This document shows, in pieces, positions 31,206 through 41,241 of a stretch of 64,000 nt of DNA (position 1 is its first letter; each line of letters begins with the position of its first letter). The translations under genes and the position numbers were made by a program. The stretch is from Candidatus Poribacteria bacterium. Its GTDB lineage: Bacteria; Poribacteria; WGA-4E; WGA-3G. The stretch is from the NCBI GenBank assembly GCA_965214095.1, contig OZ243938.1:3616001-3680000 (forward strand), read 5' to 3'. The notes beneath the pieces are model-generated. The model had not been told where the DNA came from. It ran no database searches and saw only the letters and a program-made list of their open reading frames with translations.

Positions 31206-31729
31206 TACTCTTGTTCTCCTTCGACATCTTCCGTCAACTGTTCTTTATCCGTTAAATTGATGATTATCTGTAGTATCAGGTGAATTCCGATGAGGACAAA
31301 ACCAAACGGTATAATAGTCTTTGCCCACCACATCGGTATAATGCCTATAGTCGCAGGACTCTTTTGTTGTTCCATCAGAAAGTCAAATCCGAAATAAGCC
31401 AAAATGCCCACAACAATCAGACTCAGCACATCAATAATATAGCCAGTATATCGGGTAACGTTGGCGGGTAAAATTCTGTTCAGCGCATCAATGCTAATGT
31501 GTCGTCTTTCAGAGGAAGCGAGGGCAGCACCAAGAAAGCACATCCAAAGAGTTAAGTTTTGAAGCAGATGGTGTTTCCACAACAAATTCGTTTTAAAACC
31601 GTATCGCAACACAATTTCAAGGACTGCAAGGCCAATCATCGTCGCAATAATCACGCACAATAAACCGTTTTCAATTTTGCCGAGCAGGGCATTAATTCGT
31701 TGGAAGGAGTTCTTATGAGAAGATTCCAT
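31205..31729 (-). CDS. dctQ: TRAP transporter small permease
   Basis: FLGAALAS..RHISID, four TM helices, coupled to dctM. Confidence 0.88.
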   Translation of the reverse strand: MESSHKNSFQRINALLGKIENGLLCVIIATMIGLAVLEIVLRYGFKTNLLWKHHLLQNLTLWMCFLGAALASSERRHISIDALNRILPANVTRYTGYIIDVLSLIVVGILAYFGFDFLMEQQKSPATIGIIPMWWAKTIIPFGFVLIGIHLILQIIINLTDKEQLTEDVEGEQE

Positions 31730-31740
31730 TGATTTATGTT

Positions 31741-31854
31741 ATACCATTTCTAATAGAAAACGCCGCATTTTTGTAGCATAAACTGCCAGTTTGTGCCGTC
31801 CTTCAAGACATTCTTAACAAATGTTAATGGGATAAACATTTATAGAAATGGTAT
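31741..31854. mobile_element. MITE with ATACCATTTCTA TIRs carrying a REP-E hairpin
   Basis: ATACCATTTCTA...TAGAAATGGTAT; inverse copy at about 815-928 and a partial copy at 37556-37641. Confidence 0.7.
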
Positions 31855-33113
31855 TATTTATTCTCCGCTAACACCTGAATACCTGCCGAGGGGAAAACAG
31901 CAACTTTCGCATTATCAGGTAGTTCTTCAGCAAACAGTTGAATTAGTTGTTCAAGGTTACGAAAGAGTATCCCGTTGGCATGCTTTTTATGGAAATCGTC
32001 AACCAAAAAGTACTCAGACCACACGTGCAGTTGGTCTCGGTTTCCAAGTTTTGGTTCGGGCAGTTCAGGCGGAATATTTTCCATCCGCTGCCTCAAATAT
32101 CGCGCATAATCAATTTGATCAAATAGACCGTGATAGCAGACACCATCGCTTGCAGGATTGAGGAGCATCTTATATGCCTTCTCAAAGTATCCTGCTGCCC
32201 ATAATGCTTTTCCTGTTTGGATAGGATCGCTATCAAGTGGGTAGCAATTCAGCACAATAAGGTCCGTCTCTTTTCGGGATTGCATCGGTATTTCTGTTCC
32301 ATAAGTATCTAACGCGAAATGTGCACCAGCACGATGTGCCTGTACATAATCCCCAACAAACAAACCGCAAATCTCTCTACGTGAATTAAGCACAACATTC
32401 GCAATTACATCAAGACCGATAACATTTGCAACTTCCTCAGCAAAATCACGATGGTCTGGCGTATCGCTTTTTCTCTCTATCACTGCATGTCCACGTCCCG
32501 GTGAAAAGGTATGGAAATAGAACATCGTTGCAAACCCAGCAATACCGGGAACAACCAACTTCGCGCCACCTCCGAATCCAACCGCACCGTGTGGATAAAT
32601 ACCACCCAAGCAGATTTTGAAATCCGCATCTGCGACAACACTGTTGATATAGATCGGCATCCCATTTTGTAGACTGCCATATCCACGCAAGTCACCACTC
32701 ATAAAGTCATGACATGTAACCTCATATTCAGCAGCTATATCGGCACCGACTTTTTTCTCAATCTCTTCTTCTAATAGGGGACGGTGAGACCCACCACCCA
32801 CTACAAATCGGATTTCAGATTTTGGAACACCAGCAATGGTAAGTTCGCGCAATAGGAAAGGGATTACTTCTGCTGCAGGCGTAGGACGACTCAGGTCATC
32901 TACAACAATAGCAGCACTCTTTTTACCCTTCGCGAGTTCTGATATACGTTGTGTGCCGATAGGTTCTGCAAATGCTTGTTCAATCTGTGTATTAGTTAGT
33001 GCGGGGACATCCTTTGGACCCAAAATTTCCACTTCCCATCCAGAAGGGAAATCCAGAGTAAGTTCAATATCACCATACCAAGCATGTGAGTGGACTGTGG
33101 CTGTGTTGTTCAT
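31854..33113 (-). CDS. Lactate racemase (LarA) domain protein, paralog 2
   Basis: VDDLSRPT, GSHR, IYPH, GGGAK..PG, YFH. Confidence 0.85.
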   Translation of the reverse strand: MNNTATVHSHAWYGDIELTLDFPSGWEVEILGPKDVPALTNTQIEQAFAEPIGTQRISELAKGKKSAAIVVDDLSRPTPAAEVIPFLLRELTIAGVPKSEIRFVVGGGSHRPLLEEEIEKKVGADIAAEYEVTCHDFMSGDLRGYGSLQNGMPIYINSVVADADFKICLGGIYPHGAVGFGGGAKLVVPGIAGFATMFYFHTFSPGRGHAVIERKSDTPDHRDFAEEVANVIGLDVIANVVLNSRREICGLFVGDYVQAHRAGAHFALDTYGTEIPMQSRKETDLIVLNCYPLDSDPIQTGKALWAAGYFEKAYKMLLNPASDGVCYHGLFDQIDYARYLRQRMENIPPELPEPKLGNRDQLHVWSEYFLVDDFHKKHANGILFRNLEQLIQLFAEELPDNAKVAVFPSAGIQVLAENK

Positions 33114-33294
33114 ATCTGTTTTCCTTTGTGGGTTTTTTAGTGAAATTTGAAATTAACAATACACTGGACATTTAGAAAAACGCGTTTGTAGTCGCGCAAT
33201 TCATTGCGCCTCGGACATTATATAAATAAGTAATTGGGACAATATGTCTCATTAATTGTCCGTTTTACCATAGTTTTAGGATTTTGTTCAATTC

Positions 33295-33455
33295 TGTCTG
33301 AACCAGGATTTGCAGGATTTACAGATTTACAGGATAAGAATCTGAAACATCAAAGTGCCATCCAGAGAATAAACGTCAAACTCGGAATAGAAACTTGGCA
33401 GAGCCAAACTCATAATCCTGAAAATCTACTAATCCTGAAAATCCTGGTTCAGACA
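33295..33455. repeat. Family-B element (161 bp)
   Basis: TGTCTGAACCAGGATT...AATCCTGGTTCAGACA; shares its spacer with 37381-37541. Confidence 0.85.
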
Positions 33456-33505
33456 TGCAATTCCTAACATCGTTTGCATGACGTGTGGAAGTAGCAAATA
33501 CAACG

Positions 33506-34774
33506 TTATTGAAGTGAGTTCGGTGTTAATATTTGAGTGCCAGCAACAGGTAAAATTGCAACTTTAGCACGTGCAGGAAGTTTCTCTGTCATGAGCTCAA
33601 TCAGTTGGTCTAAGTCACGGTAAAGGAGAGATGACGGATACTCTTTGTAGAAATCATCTCTATCAAAATGCTCAGACCACACATGAAGTTGGGTCGGTTT
33701 CCCAATTTTGGGTTCAGGAGTTGGGACCGTAGGCAAACGTTCAATTTTCTGTCGCATATAACGTTTGTAATCCAGTCGGTCAAACAACCCGTGGAAACAG
33801 GAGCCGTCAGTTGCAGGATAAAGTGCAATCGTATAGGCGTTTTCAAAGTAGGAAAACGCTGCGAGTGCTTTATCAAGTTGAATCGCATCAGCATCAAGTG
33901 GATAACAGTTAATCACAACAAGATCGCTTTCTGTCCGAGTTTCCTTCGATATTTCCGTTGTGTAGGTTTCCAACGCAAAATGTGCCCCTTTACGATGTGC
34001 TTTAACGAAGTCTCCGAAAAACAATCCGCAGATTTTACGTTGACTATTGAGCACAACATTGGCAATAGCATCAAGTCCAAGTAACCCCGCTGCCATCTCA
34101 ATAGTATCGCGCCGATCAGGTTCCTCACTATCACCTTCAATCACTGCCGGACCGCGTCCTTGTGGAAAGGAATGGAAATAGTACATCGTAGCAAAACCTG
34201 CGGTACCTGGCACAATCAGTTTCGCACCCCCAGTAAAGCCAACTGAACTATGCGGATATATACCACCAATAGTCATTTTGAAGTCCGAATCTGCAACCGT
34301 CCGATTGATATACACAGGTGTGCCATTTTCAAGTTTGCCCAACGCACGTAAATCATTGCTTAAAAAATCATGATTGGTTACTTCATATTCTGCTGCGATG
34401 TCCGTCCCAACTTTCTTTCGCATCTCTTCCTCGAAAATTGGACGGTGTCCACCAACACCCACAACAAATCGTATCTCAGATTTAGGAACGCCAGCAGCGG
34501 AAAGTTCACGTAATATAAAAGGGATAACTTGATATGCTGGAGTCGGACGACTTAGATCATCGACAATGATGACAGCACTCTTTTTATCTTTAGCAAGTTC
34601 TGATATACGTTTTGTGCCAATAGGTTCTGCAAATGCCTGTTCAATTTCTGCATCAGATAGTGCGGGAGCATCCTTCTGGTTCAGCATCTCCACTTCCCAA
34701 TCCGTTGGGAAATGCAGTGTAATCTCTCTATCTCCGTACCAAGCACCTGAGCGGACCGTAGCAGTGTTAGGCAT
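33506..34774 (-). CDS. Lactate racemase (LarA) domain protein, paralog 1
   Basis: Same motifs as 31854-33113; overlaps the pyrG stop. Confidence 0.85.
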   Translation of the reverse strand: MPNTATVRSGAWYGDREITLHFPTDWEVEMLNQKDAPALSDAEIEQAFAEPIGTKRISELAKDKKSAVIIVDDLSRPTPAYQVIPFILRELSAAGVPKSEIRFVVGVGGHRPIFEEEMRKKVGTDIAAEYEVTNHDFLSNDLRALGKLENGTPVYINRTVADSDFKMTIGGIYPHSSVGFTGGAKLIVPGTAGFATMYYFHSFPQGRGPAVIEGDSEEPDRRDTIEMAAGLLGLDAIANVVLNSQRKICGLFFGDFVKAHRKGAHFALETYTTEISKETRTESDLVVINCYPLDADAIQLDKALAAFSYFENAYTIALYPATDGSCFHGLFDRLDYKRYMRQKIERLPTVPTPEPKIGKPTQLHVWSEHFDRDDFYKEYPSSLLYRDLDQLIELMTEKLPARAKVAILPVAGTQILTPNSLQ

Positions 34775-36399
34775 TAGTCATCTCCCAATTCAGTTCTTTC
34801 CTGTTGATAACACAGGACAGATGCAATAAAGTCGCGGAATAGTGGGTGTGGTGTCAGTGGTTTTGATTGGAACTCCGGATGGAATTGCGAACCGACCATC
34901 CATGGATGATCCGGCACCTCAGCAATTTCCACCAGGCTTTCATCGGGAGATACACCACTAAAACATAAGCCGGCATCTTCCAATCTTGAACGGAAGTCAT
35001 TATTTAACTCATAACGATGCCGATGCCGTTCTAATATAATTGGTTGTTGAAACGCTTCGTAACTTTTCGTGTTTTCCTTGAGAACACACGGATAATGTCC
35101 GAGACGCATCGTTGCCCCTTTGTCTGCAATTGCACGTTGTTCCAACATCAAATCAATTACAGGATACGGTGTTTTCTCATCAACTTCAGTGGTGTTGGCA
35201 TCTTTCATGTTCGCAACGTTCCGAGCATATTCTATGACAAGGCATTGCATACCGAGACATAATCCGAAATATGGTACGCGCTGCTCGCGAGCGTATTTAA
35301 CTGCCGTGATCATACCTTCAATGCCACGATCCCCAAATCCACCGGGCACCAAAATACCGTCTATATTTTCAAACAAGCTGTCAAAATCCGTATTCTCTGT
35401 CAACGATTCAGCCTCTATCCATTCAATATGAACTTCGGCTTCATTAGCAATACCGCCATGTTTGATCGCTTCCTGAACACTAATATATGCATCGCTGCCT
35501 GTAGTATATTTCCCGACAATAGCAATTCTCGTGGAATGCTTAGGGTTCTTTAGTTTATCCACCATGGCAACCCATTCGGCATCCCGTGTCGCGCGTCTCT
35601 CAAGTCCAAGCTTCTTTGATACGAGATGTCCCATACCCTGTTGTTCAAAATTTAGCGGAATTTCGTCTACGCATTTCGTATCTAATCCTTCAATAATAAA
35701 ATCTTCACTGATGCCACAAAGGAGTGCAATTTTTCTACGGATACTATCATCAAGATGTTGACTCGTCCGACATAACAACAGGTCAGGTTGAATTCCAAAT
35801 TCTTGGAGTTTCCGGATGCTATGTTGTGTAGGTTTACTCTTGCTCTCTCCGTTAGGTAACGTGTAAATGAGTGAAACATGGAGGAACAAAGTGTTTTCGC
35901 GACCCACCTCCACGGCTAATTCTCGTATAGCTTCAACAAACGGAGGCATCTCAAAATCACCTATTGTGCCACCTATTTCCGTGATGACCACATCAATATC
36001 ACTGTCTTTACCAATCTGATAGATACGTCGTTTGATTTCATCTGTAATATGTGGAATCAACTGCACCGTTTGACCGAGATAATCGCCGCGTCTTTCTTTT
36101 TCAATCACTTCCTTATAGACAGAACCTGTTGTAAAGTTTGAATGCTTATTTAAGTCAACACCGAGAAAACGTTCATAGTTTCCTAAGTCTAAGTCAGTTT
36201 CAGCACCGTCATGCGTCACAAATACCTCGCCGTGTTGAAATGGGTTCATGACACCCGCATCAACATTTATATATGGGTCTATTTTTACGAGGTTGACATT
36301 AAATCCACGATTTATGAGCAATCTTCCTAACGATGCTGTTGTTATCCCTTTGCCAATACCAGAAATAACGCCGCCTGTTACAAAGATATATTTTGTCAT
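34774..36399 (-). CDS. pyrG: CTP synthase
   Basis: TKYIFVTGGVISGIGKG, GLCLGMQ, QFHPEF. Confidence 0.97.
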   Translation of the reverse strand: MTKYIFVTGGVISGIGKGITTASLGRLLINRGFNVNLVKIDPYINVDAGVMNPFQHGEVFVTHDGAETDLDLGNYERFLGVDLNKHSNFTTGSVYKEVIEKERRGDYLGQTVQLIPHITDEIKRRIYQIGKDSDIDVVITEIGGTIGDFEMPPFVEAIRELAVEVGRENTLFLHVSLIYTLPNGESKSKPTQHSIRKLQEFGIQPDLLLCRTSQHLDDSIRRKIALLCGISEDFIIEGLDTKCVDEIPLNFEQQGMGHLVSKKLGLERRATRDAEWVAMVDKLKNPKHSTRIAIVGKYTTGSDAYISVQEAIKHGGIANEAEVHIEWIEAESLTENTDFDSLFENIDGILVPGGFGDRGIEGMITAVKYAREQRVPYFGLCLGMQCLVIEYARNVANMKDANTTEVDEKTPYPVIDLMLEQRAIADKGATMRLGHYPCVLKENTKSYEAFQQPIILERHRHRYELNNDFRSRLEDAGLCFSGVSPDESLVEIAEVPDHPWMVGSQFHPEFQSKPLTPHPLFRDFIASVLCYQQERTELGDD

Positions 36400-37151
36400 T
36401 TGCTTACAATGCCTCTCTTTTCAAATATCTGTTTTACCTTTTCCAAGTCTTCAGGAACATCTACGCCAATTAGGGTCGTGTCGGTTTCAACGACGTGGAT
36501 GGGGATGCCGTGTTCCAAAAAACGCAGCTGTTCCAAACCTTCAGTAATCTCATACGGGGTGCGTTTCCAAGATGTGAAGGTAAGAAGCTGCTCCTTTCGG
36601 AACGCATATAATCCGATATGCCTGTAGACCAATGTCCTTTCATCAAAAGTGTGTGCTTTGTTGATCGGAGTACTAGGAATAGGTCCCCGTGAAAAGTACA
36701 ACGCATCCCCCTGATTATTTGTAACAACTTTAACAACGTTCCTATCAAGATAATCCTCAACAGTGTGAATACGTTCTTTCAACGTGCACACTTGGACTGA
36801 TGGTCTATCCACAAAAGGTTGAAGCATAAGATCTATCTGTTTCGGTTCAATCAATGGTTCATCCCCTTGAATGTCAACTACAACATCACAATTTATCTGT
36901 TCAGCGACGACTGCCACTCGGTCAGTCCCAGTTGCACATTCACCTGTCATCTGGACGTTCCCACCAAAACCTCTAACAGCATCATATATCCGTTTATCAT
37001 CTGTTGCAACGATAACTTGATTGAGCATCTTAGCGCAACTGGCACGTTCATATACATGTTGCACCATCGGTTTTCCCAGAATGTCTGCTAACACCTTACC
37101 TTCAAAACGACTTGAGGCATACCGTGCTGGAATAATTCCTATATTTATCAA
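36396..37151 (-). CDS. kdsB: 3-deoxy-manno-octulosonate cytidylyltransferase
   Basis: IIPARYASSRFEGK, QGDEP, LEQLR. Confidence 0.95.
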   Translation of the reverse strand: MINIGIIPARYASSRFEGKVLADILGKPMVQHVYERASCAKMLNQVIVATDDKRIYDAVRGFGGNVQMTGECATGTDRVAVVAEQINCDVVVDIQGDEPLIEPKQIDLMLQPFVDRPSVQVCTLKERIHTVEDYLDRNVVKVVTNNQGDALYFSRGPIPSTPINKAHTFDERTLVYRHIGLYAFRKEQLLTFTSWKRTPYEITEGLEQLRFLEHGIPIHVVETDTTLIGVDVPEDLEKVKQIFEKRGIVSK

Positions 37152-37302
37152 AGGCAGTTTCTCTCTTTACGCTGAATATTTGAATACACAAAAACTCCAA
37201 TCTGAATTATATTTCTGTGGGTTAAAATCCTATAGTTTTTTGAATTGTGTTCAATCTAATTTATCTTAATTTATCATAATAATCAAGAAAAAACAGTAAT
37301 GA

Positions 37303-37672
37303 CTGGGTTATTTAGTTTTAGGGATTTTCGTTCAATATTATACACAAACGTTAAATTCAGTATGGGTTTGGATTCCTATTTGTCTGAACCAGGATTTTCA
37401 GGATTTTTAGATTTCCGGGATAAGAGTCTGAAACATCAAAGTGCCATCCAGATAATAAACGTCAAACTAAGAATAGGAACTTTGAAGAACCAAACTCATA
37501 ATCCTGAAAATCTACTAATCCTGAAAATCCTGGTTCAGACAAGAATCAATAAGTCCAACAAATGTTAAGAATGTCTTGAAGGAGTGCACAAACTGGCAGT
37601 TTGTGCTACAAAAATGCGGCGTTTTCTATTAGAAATGGTATAATTACGAAACCTTAGAACTAAATAACCCTG
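37303..37672. mobile_element. CAGGGTTATTTAG-type MITE with a nested family-B element (37381-37541) and a REP-E MITE fragment
   Basis: CTGGGTTATTTAG...CTAAATAACCCTG; CAGTAATGA is repeated near both ends. Confidence 0.65.
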
Positions 37673-37783
37673 ACCAGTAATGAATTAAATTGATGAGAAA
37701 AGAAAAAAGTGGTATACTTTATATTACTTAAATGAATGAGAGGAGACAAATACAATATAAATTAAAAATAAGGAGCCATCAAA

Positions 37784-38581
37784 ATGAAACGCAATATAGT
37801 CGTTCTTGTATGTCTATTATTGACATCTCAAATAGGTAGTTACGCAGCTGATGTGATAGATCCGGATTTAGTCCTTTATTTCGATTTTGAAGAGTTCACG
37901 GCTACACATGTTATTGAAAAATCCGGACATGGATACGATGGTGAAATTGTTCAAAAAGTAACACAATCTAATGATGGTAAATTTGGTAAAGCAGCACAGT
38001 TTACATCGGGTAGTTATCTCGATTTGGATGGACAGAATGTTGATCCTGAGCATATTCCGACTGAAGGGATGAGTGTTGTTGCGTGGATCAACGTTGAATC
38101 AATCGCAGATATGGCAATTTTCAATGCCCGCGCAGGAGATGGTACCTGGGTCGTGCACCCAGAGGCACGTGGGGATGGTAATTATCGGTGGCTCAATAGA
38201 GGACATAATCCAGGGAAAACGCTCTTCGATATTAAGGCAGGTGTAAACAAAGCAGAGGAATGGGTGCATTATGCAGGCACATTCAGTCATGATGAAGGTA
38301 TGGCTTACCTATATATCAATGGCAAGAAGGTAGGTGAGGAGAAAGCCCGATTGCCAGACAAGATCGCAGGTGATTGGGGACAAGGCGCACGAGTCGGTTA
38401 CAACATTGACAATAATCGACCCTTCACCGGTCTAATGGACGAACTCAATGTTTGGAAACGTGGGTTAACAGAAGAAGAAGTCATTTCCATCATGAACGAT
38501 GGTGTAAGTGAACTCTTAGATGTTGAAGCACGCGGAAAATTGGCTACCACATGGGGCAAACTGAAATCTGCAAAGCAGTAG
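37784..38581 (+). CDS. Secreted LamG-like jellyroll protein with KLATTWGKLK tail
   Basis: LVLYFDFEE, GKFGKA, WVHYAGTF, FTGLMDE. Confidence 0.85.
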   Translation: MKRNIVVLVCLLLTSQIGSYAADVIDPDLVLYFDFEEFTATHVIEKSGHGYDGEIVQKVTQSNDGKFGKAAQFTSGSYLDLDGQNVDPEHIPTEGMSVVAWINVESIADMAIFNARAGDGTWVVHPEARGDGNYRWLNRGHNPGKTLFDIKAGVNKAEEWVHYAGTFSHDEGMAYLYINGKKVGEEKARLPDKIAGDWGQGARVGYNIDNNRPFTGLMDELNVWKRGLTEEEVISIMNDGVSELLDVEARGKLATTWGKLKSAKQ

Positions 38582-38704
38582 TTTTATTGTCAAATGTATG
38601 TCTGAACCAGGATTTTCAGGATTAGTAGATTTCCAGGATAAGAGTCTGAAACATCCGCTTTGATGAAAAAGGGTTCTCTAAATACCACAAACTCGGACTT
38701 TATT

Positions 38705-39029
38705 CAGGGTTATTTATAGTAAAACGGACAATTAATGAAACATATTGTCCCAATTGTCTATTTATAAATGTAAGAGGCGCAATGAATTGCGCGACTACAA
38801 ACGCGTTTTTCTAAATGTAAATGTATTGTTAATTTCAAATTTCACTATAGTTTTAATAATTTTCAATCGATGAACGTTACTAATAGTTTATATCGTAGGT
38901 CGGGTAGAGCGTTAGCGAAACCCGACACGTTCAATGCTTGTCGGGTTTCGCTAACGCTCTACCCGACCTACAGGTGTTATATTGAAATGTGAAAAATATA
39001 GCAGAAAAACCGAAAACTAAATAACCCTG
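38705..39029. mobile_element. MITE (TIR CAGGGTTATTTA, 9-bp TSD GACTTTATT) containing a TA-flanked MITE (38717-38847) and REPs
   Basis: GACTTTATT at 38696-38704 and 39030-39038; inner element TAGTAAAA...TTTCACTA flanked by TA. Confidence 0.8.
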
Positions 39030-39090
39030 GACTTTATTTCCGAACTCACGTTACTATACTATATGATATAAACTTCAATTAAGGTGAACA

Positions 39091-40152
39091 ATGCGTATTC
39101 GGAAACCTATAGTTTTTTGTCTTCTGTTCATACTTTTCTCAACTGTAGCAAATGCTAAAATCGTTTTCCTATCAAAACGTGGCAACCATTTTGGGGCAGA
39201 TGGTTTTTTTGTTTTTGATGCTTTCATAGATATATACACGATGGATGATGATGGCAGCAATTTGAGATCAATCACATCAACTCGTGAAGCTGGACATCCA
39301 CGCTGGTCGTCTGATCGAAAACAAATTGTATATCGTGATCACTCCGCAATACACATAATAAATTCAGACGGAACGGATATCCAACACATCACCCACCCAC
39401 AAGAAAAGACAATATTTGATGACAACCCAGTTTTCTCACCTGATGGACAAAAGATTCTATATGTTCGGTCAGAGATAATAGGTAAGAATACGATACATAG
39501 CGGTATCGTGCTGAATATTAAAAATGGTAATCAGGAAAAAATATCCGACCAATTCATCATATCTCCGGATTGGTCACCGAATGGAAAACAAATTGTATAC
39601 CTAATACATGATGTGCCTTTTATCGGTACAGGTGGAAATCTTTATGTCATGGATTCCGATGGAGGTAATAAACGTAGATTGGTCCCAGAAGCCCCACAAG
39701 GTGAATTGGCTATAGAACGGCACAATCCACGATGGTCCCCGAACGGTAAACAGATACTCTATACACAAAGGGAGTTTACTTTGGAGAAAAGAGATGCGAA
39801 GCCTACAACGCGTATTCCAAAGGCATTTCGGTATTTTATATGTAATCTGAATGGTGAAACCGTCAATCAGTTGGATATACCGATCCACTGGGAGCCTGGA
39901 AGCATTGACTGGATAGAGAATGGTAAATCGGTTGTTTTCAGTGCACGACAGGTAAAGTTAAATGAGCAACCACCAAAGGATGCATTTTTGAGCAACATAT
40001 ATAGGTATCATATTGATACCAAGGTAATTACACCCTTGTTGGATCGTCCCGTGCCTGATTACGCTGTGGACTGGGTGCCGGATAGTCCTTATCTTGTATC
40101 GCCTAAGGAGAAACTCACGCTTCAGTGGGGATTACTGAAGCAAACAGATTAA
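39091..40152 (+). CDS. TolB-like/PD40 beta-propeller secreted protein with KLTLQWGLLK tail
   Basis: Repeated P.WSP.GKQI.Y motifs. Confidence 0.85.
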   Translation: MRIRKPIVFCLLFILFSTVANAKIVFLSKRGNHFGADGFFVFDAFIDIYTMDDDGSNLRSITSTREAGHPRWSSDRKQIVYRDHSAIHIINSDGTDIQHITHPQEKTIFDDNPVFSPDGQKILYVRSEIIGKNTIHSGIVLNIKNGNQEKISDQFIISPDWSPNGKQIVYLIHDVPFIGTGGNLYVMDSDGGNKRRLVPEAPQGELAIERHNPRWSPNGKQILYTQREFTLEKRDAKPTTRIPKAFRYFICNLNGETVNQLDIPIHWEPGSIDWIENGKSVVFSARQVKLNEQPPKDAFLSNIYRYHIDTKVITPLLDRPVPDYAVDWVPDSPYLVSPKEKLTLQWGLLKQTD

Positions 40153-41009
40153 TCTGTTAAACGCGCGTGTCCCGTCACATGCAACGGTAGGAAGAACGGT
40201 CTTTTTGATAATAGCACCTCTGCACGAAGTCTTTCTGCTAATGTTTCTACACCTACCTCTTCCGGTGTGGCAATCTCATATTTCTCAATGAGTGGCAGCA
40301 GACTCTGAAAGATAGTTGCCATATATCGGTACCCGCTCCATTTTTCTTCCGCCCCAATCGGAGCCTGGAGATGCATCTGCGGTGGCGGCAGTCCCGCATC
40401 TATAAATGTTCGATACAAACCCATACCTTGGTCAAGATGTGCTCCTGAATGTTCAAATACCTCCACAATCCACTGATAAAGTTGATTCATAAGGGGTGTA
40501 TCTGGATGCTGATACGCAGGATAGAGTGTATATTCTGGCTCTTGAAACGCGACGATTCCACCGGGTTTTATATGGGGAATAAGTTTCGTCAACGCTGCTA
40601 CTGGGTCAGCCATATACATCAACACAAAGCGACCAACAAGCACGTCAAATTTCTCATCAAAATCAAAGGTGCGTGCATCACCCGCGATGAATTCCACATT
40701 TGATTGACCCGCATCAGCAGCTCTGTGACGTGCCGTTTCAAGTATTGCAGGATTGACATCAACACCAACTACATGCCCCGATTTACCGACCAGTTCTGCT
40801 ACTGTGAGCGCAACATCTCCAGCACCACTGCCGATATCAAGTACACGCATACCTGTCGTAATGCCAGCACGAATGCAGAGTTGGCGGGTTGAATCACCAT
40901 AAATCTTTGACTGCTCAATGAGGCGAGTTGTTTCGTGAGAGGTGCGTCCCAAAGTATAGTTCGCATCGCTATTTAAGGGACGCATGTTATCTGAGCTATT
41001 ATTTGTCAT
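40149..41009 (-). CDS. Class I SAM-dependent methyltransferase (paralog 2)
   Basis: VLDIGSGAGDV. The track's N-terminal extension to 41087 reads through a REP, so the start is set at 41009. Confidence 0.88.
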   Translation of the reverse strand: MTNNSSDNMRPLNSDANYTLGRTSHETTRLIEQSKIYGDSTRQLCIRAGITTGMRVLDIGSGAGDVALTVAELVGKSGHVVGVDVNPAILETARHRAADAGQSNVEFIAGDARTFDFDEKFDVLVGRFVLMYMADPVAALTKLIPHIKPGGIVAFQEPEYTLYPAYQHPDTPLMNQLYQWIVEVFEHSGAHLDQGMGLYRTFIDAGLPPPQMHLQAPIGAEEKWSGYRYMATIFQSLLPLIEKYEIATPEEVGVETLAERLRAEVLLSKRPFFLPLHVTGHARLTD

Positions 41010-41241
41010 GCCTAAATGTATTAACTTGGAAGGGTTGCATGTCCCTTGGTAGGCGAGGTTTCCTAACCTCGCCGATGCCGTGTTCAATCATAGTTAAAAC
41101 CATAATTATTTACACACTACGGTAGGTTCGGTTTCCTAACCGAACCGGTCTTTGTTCAGTCTCATAGATGCGGTTAGGAAACCGCATCTACCGCGGAGTG
41201 TGCACGTATTTTTACATTTCACTATAATTTCAAAATCTACT

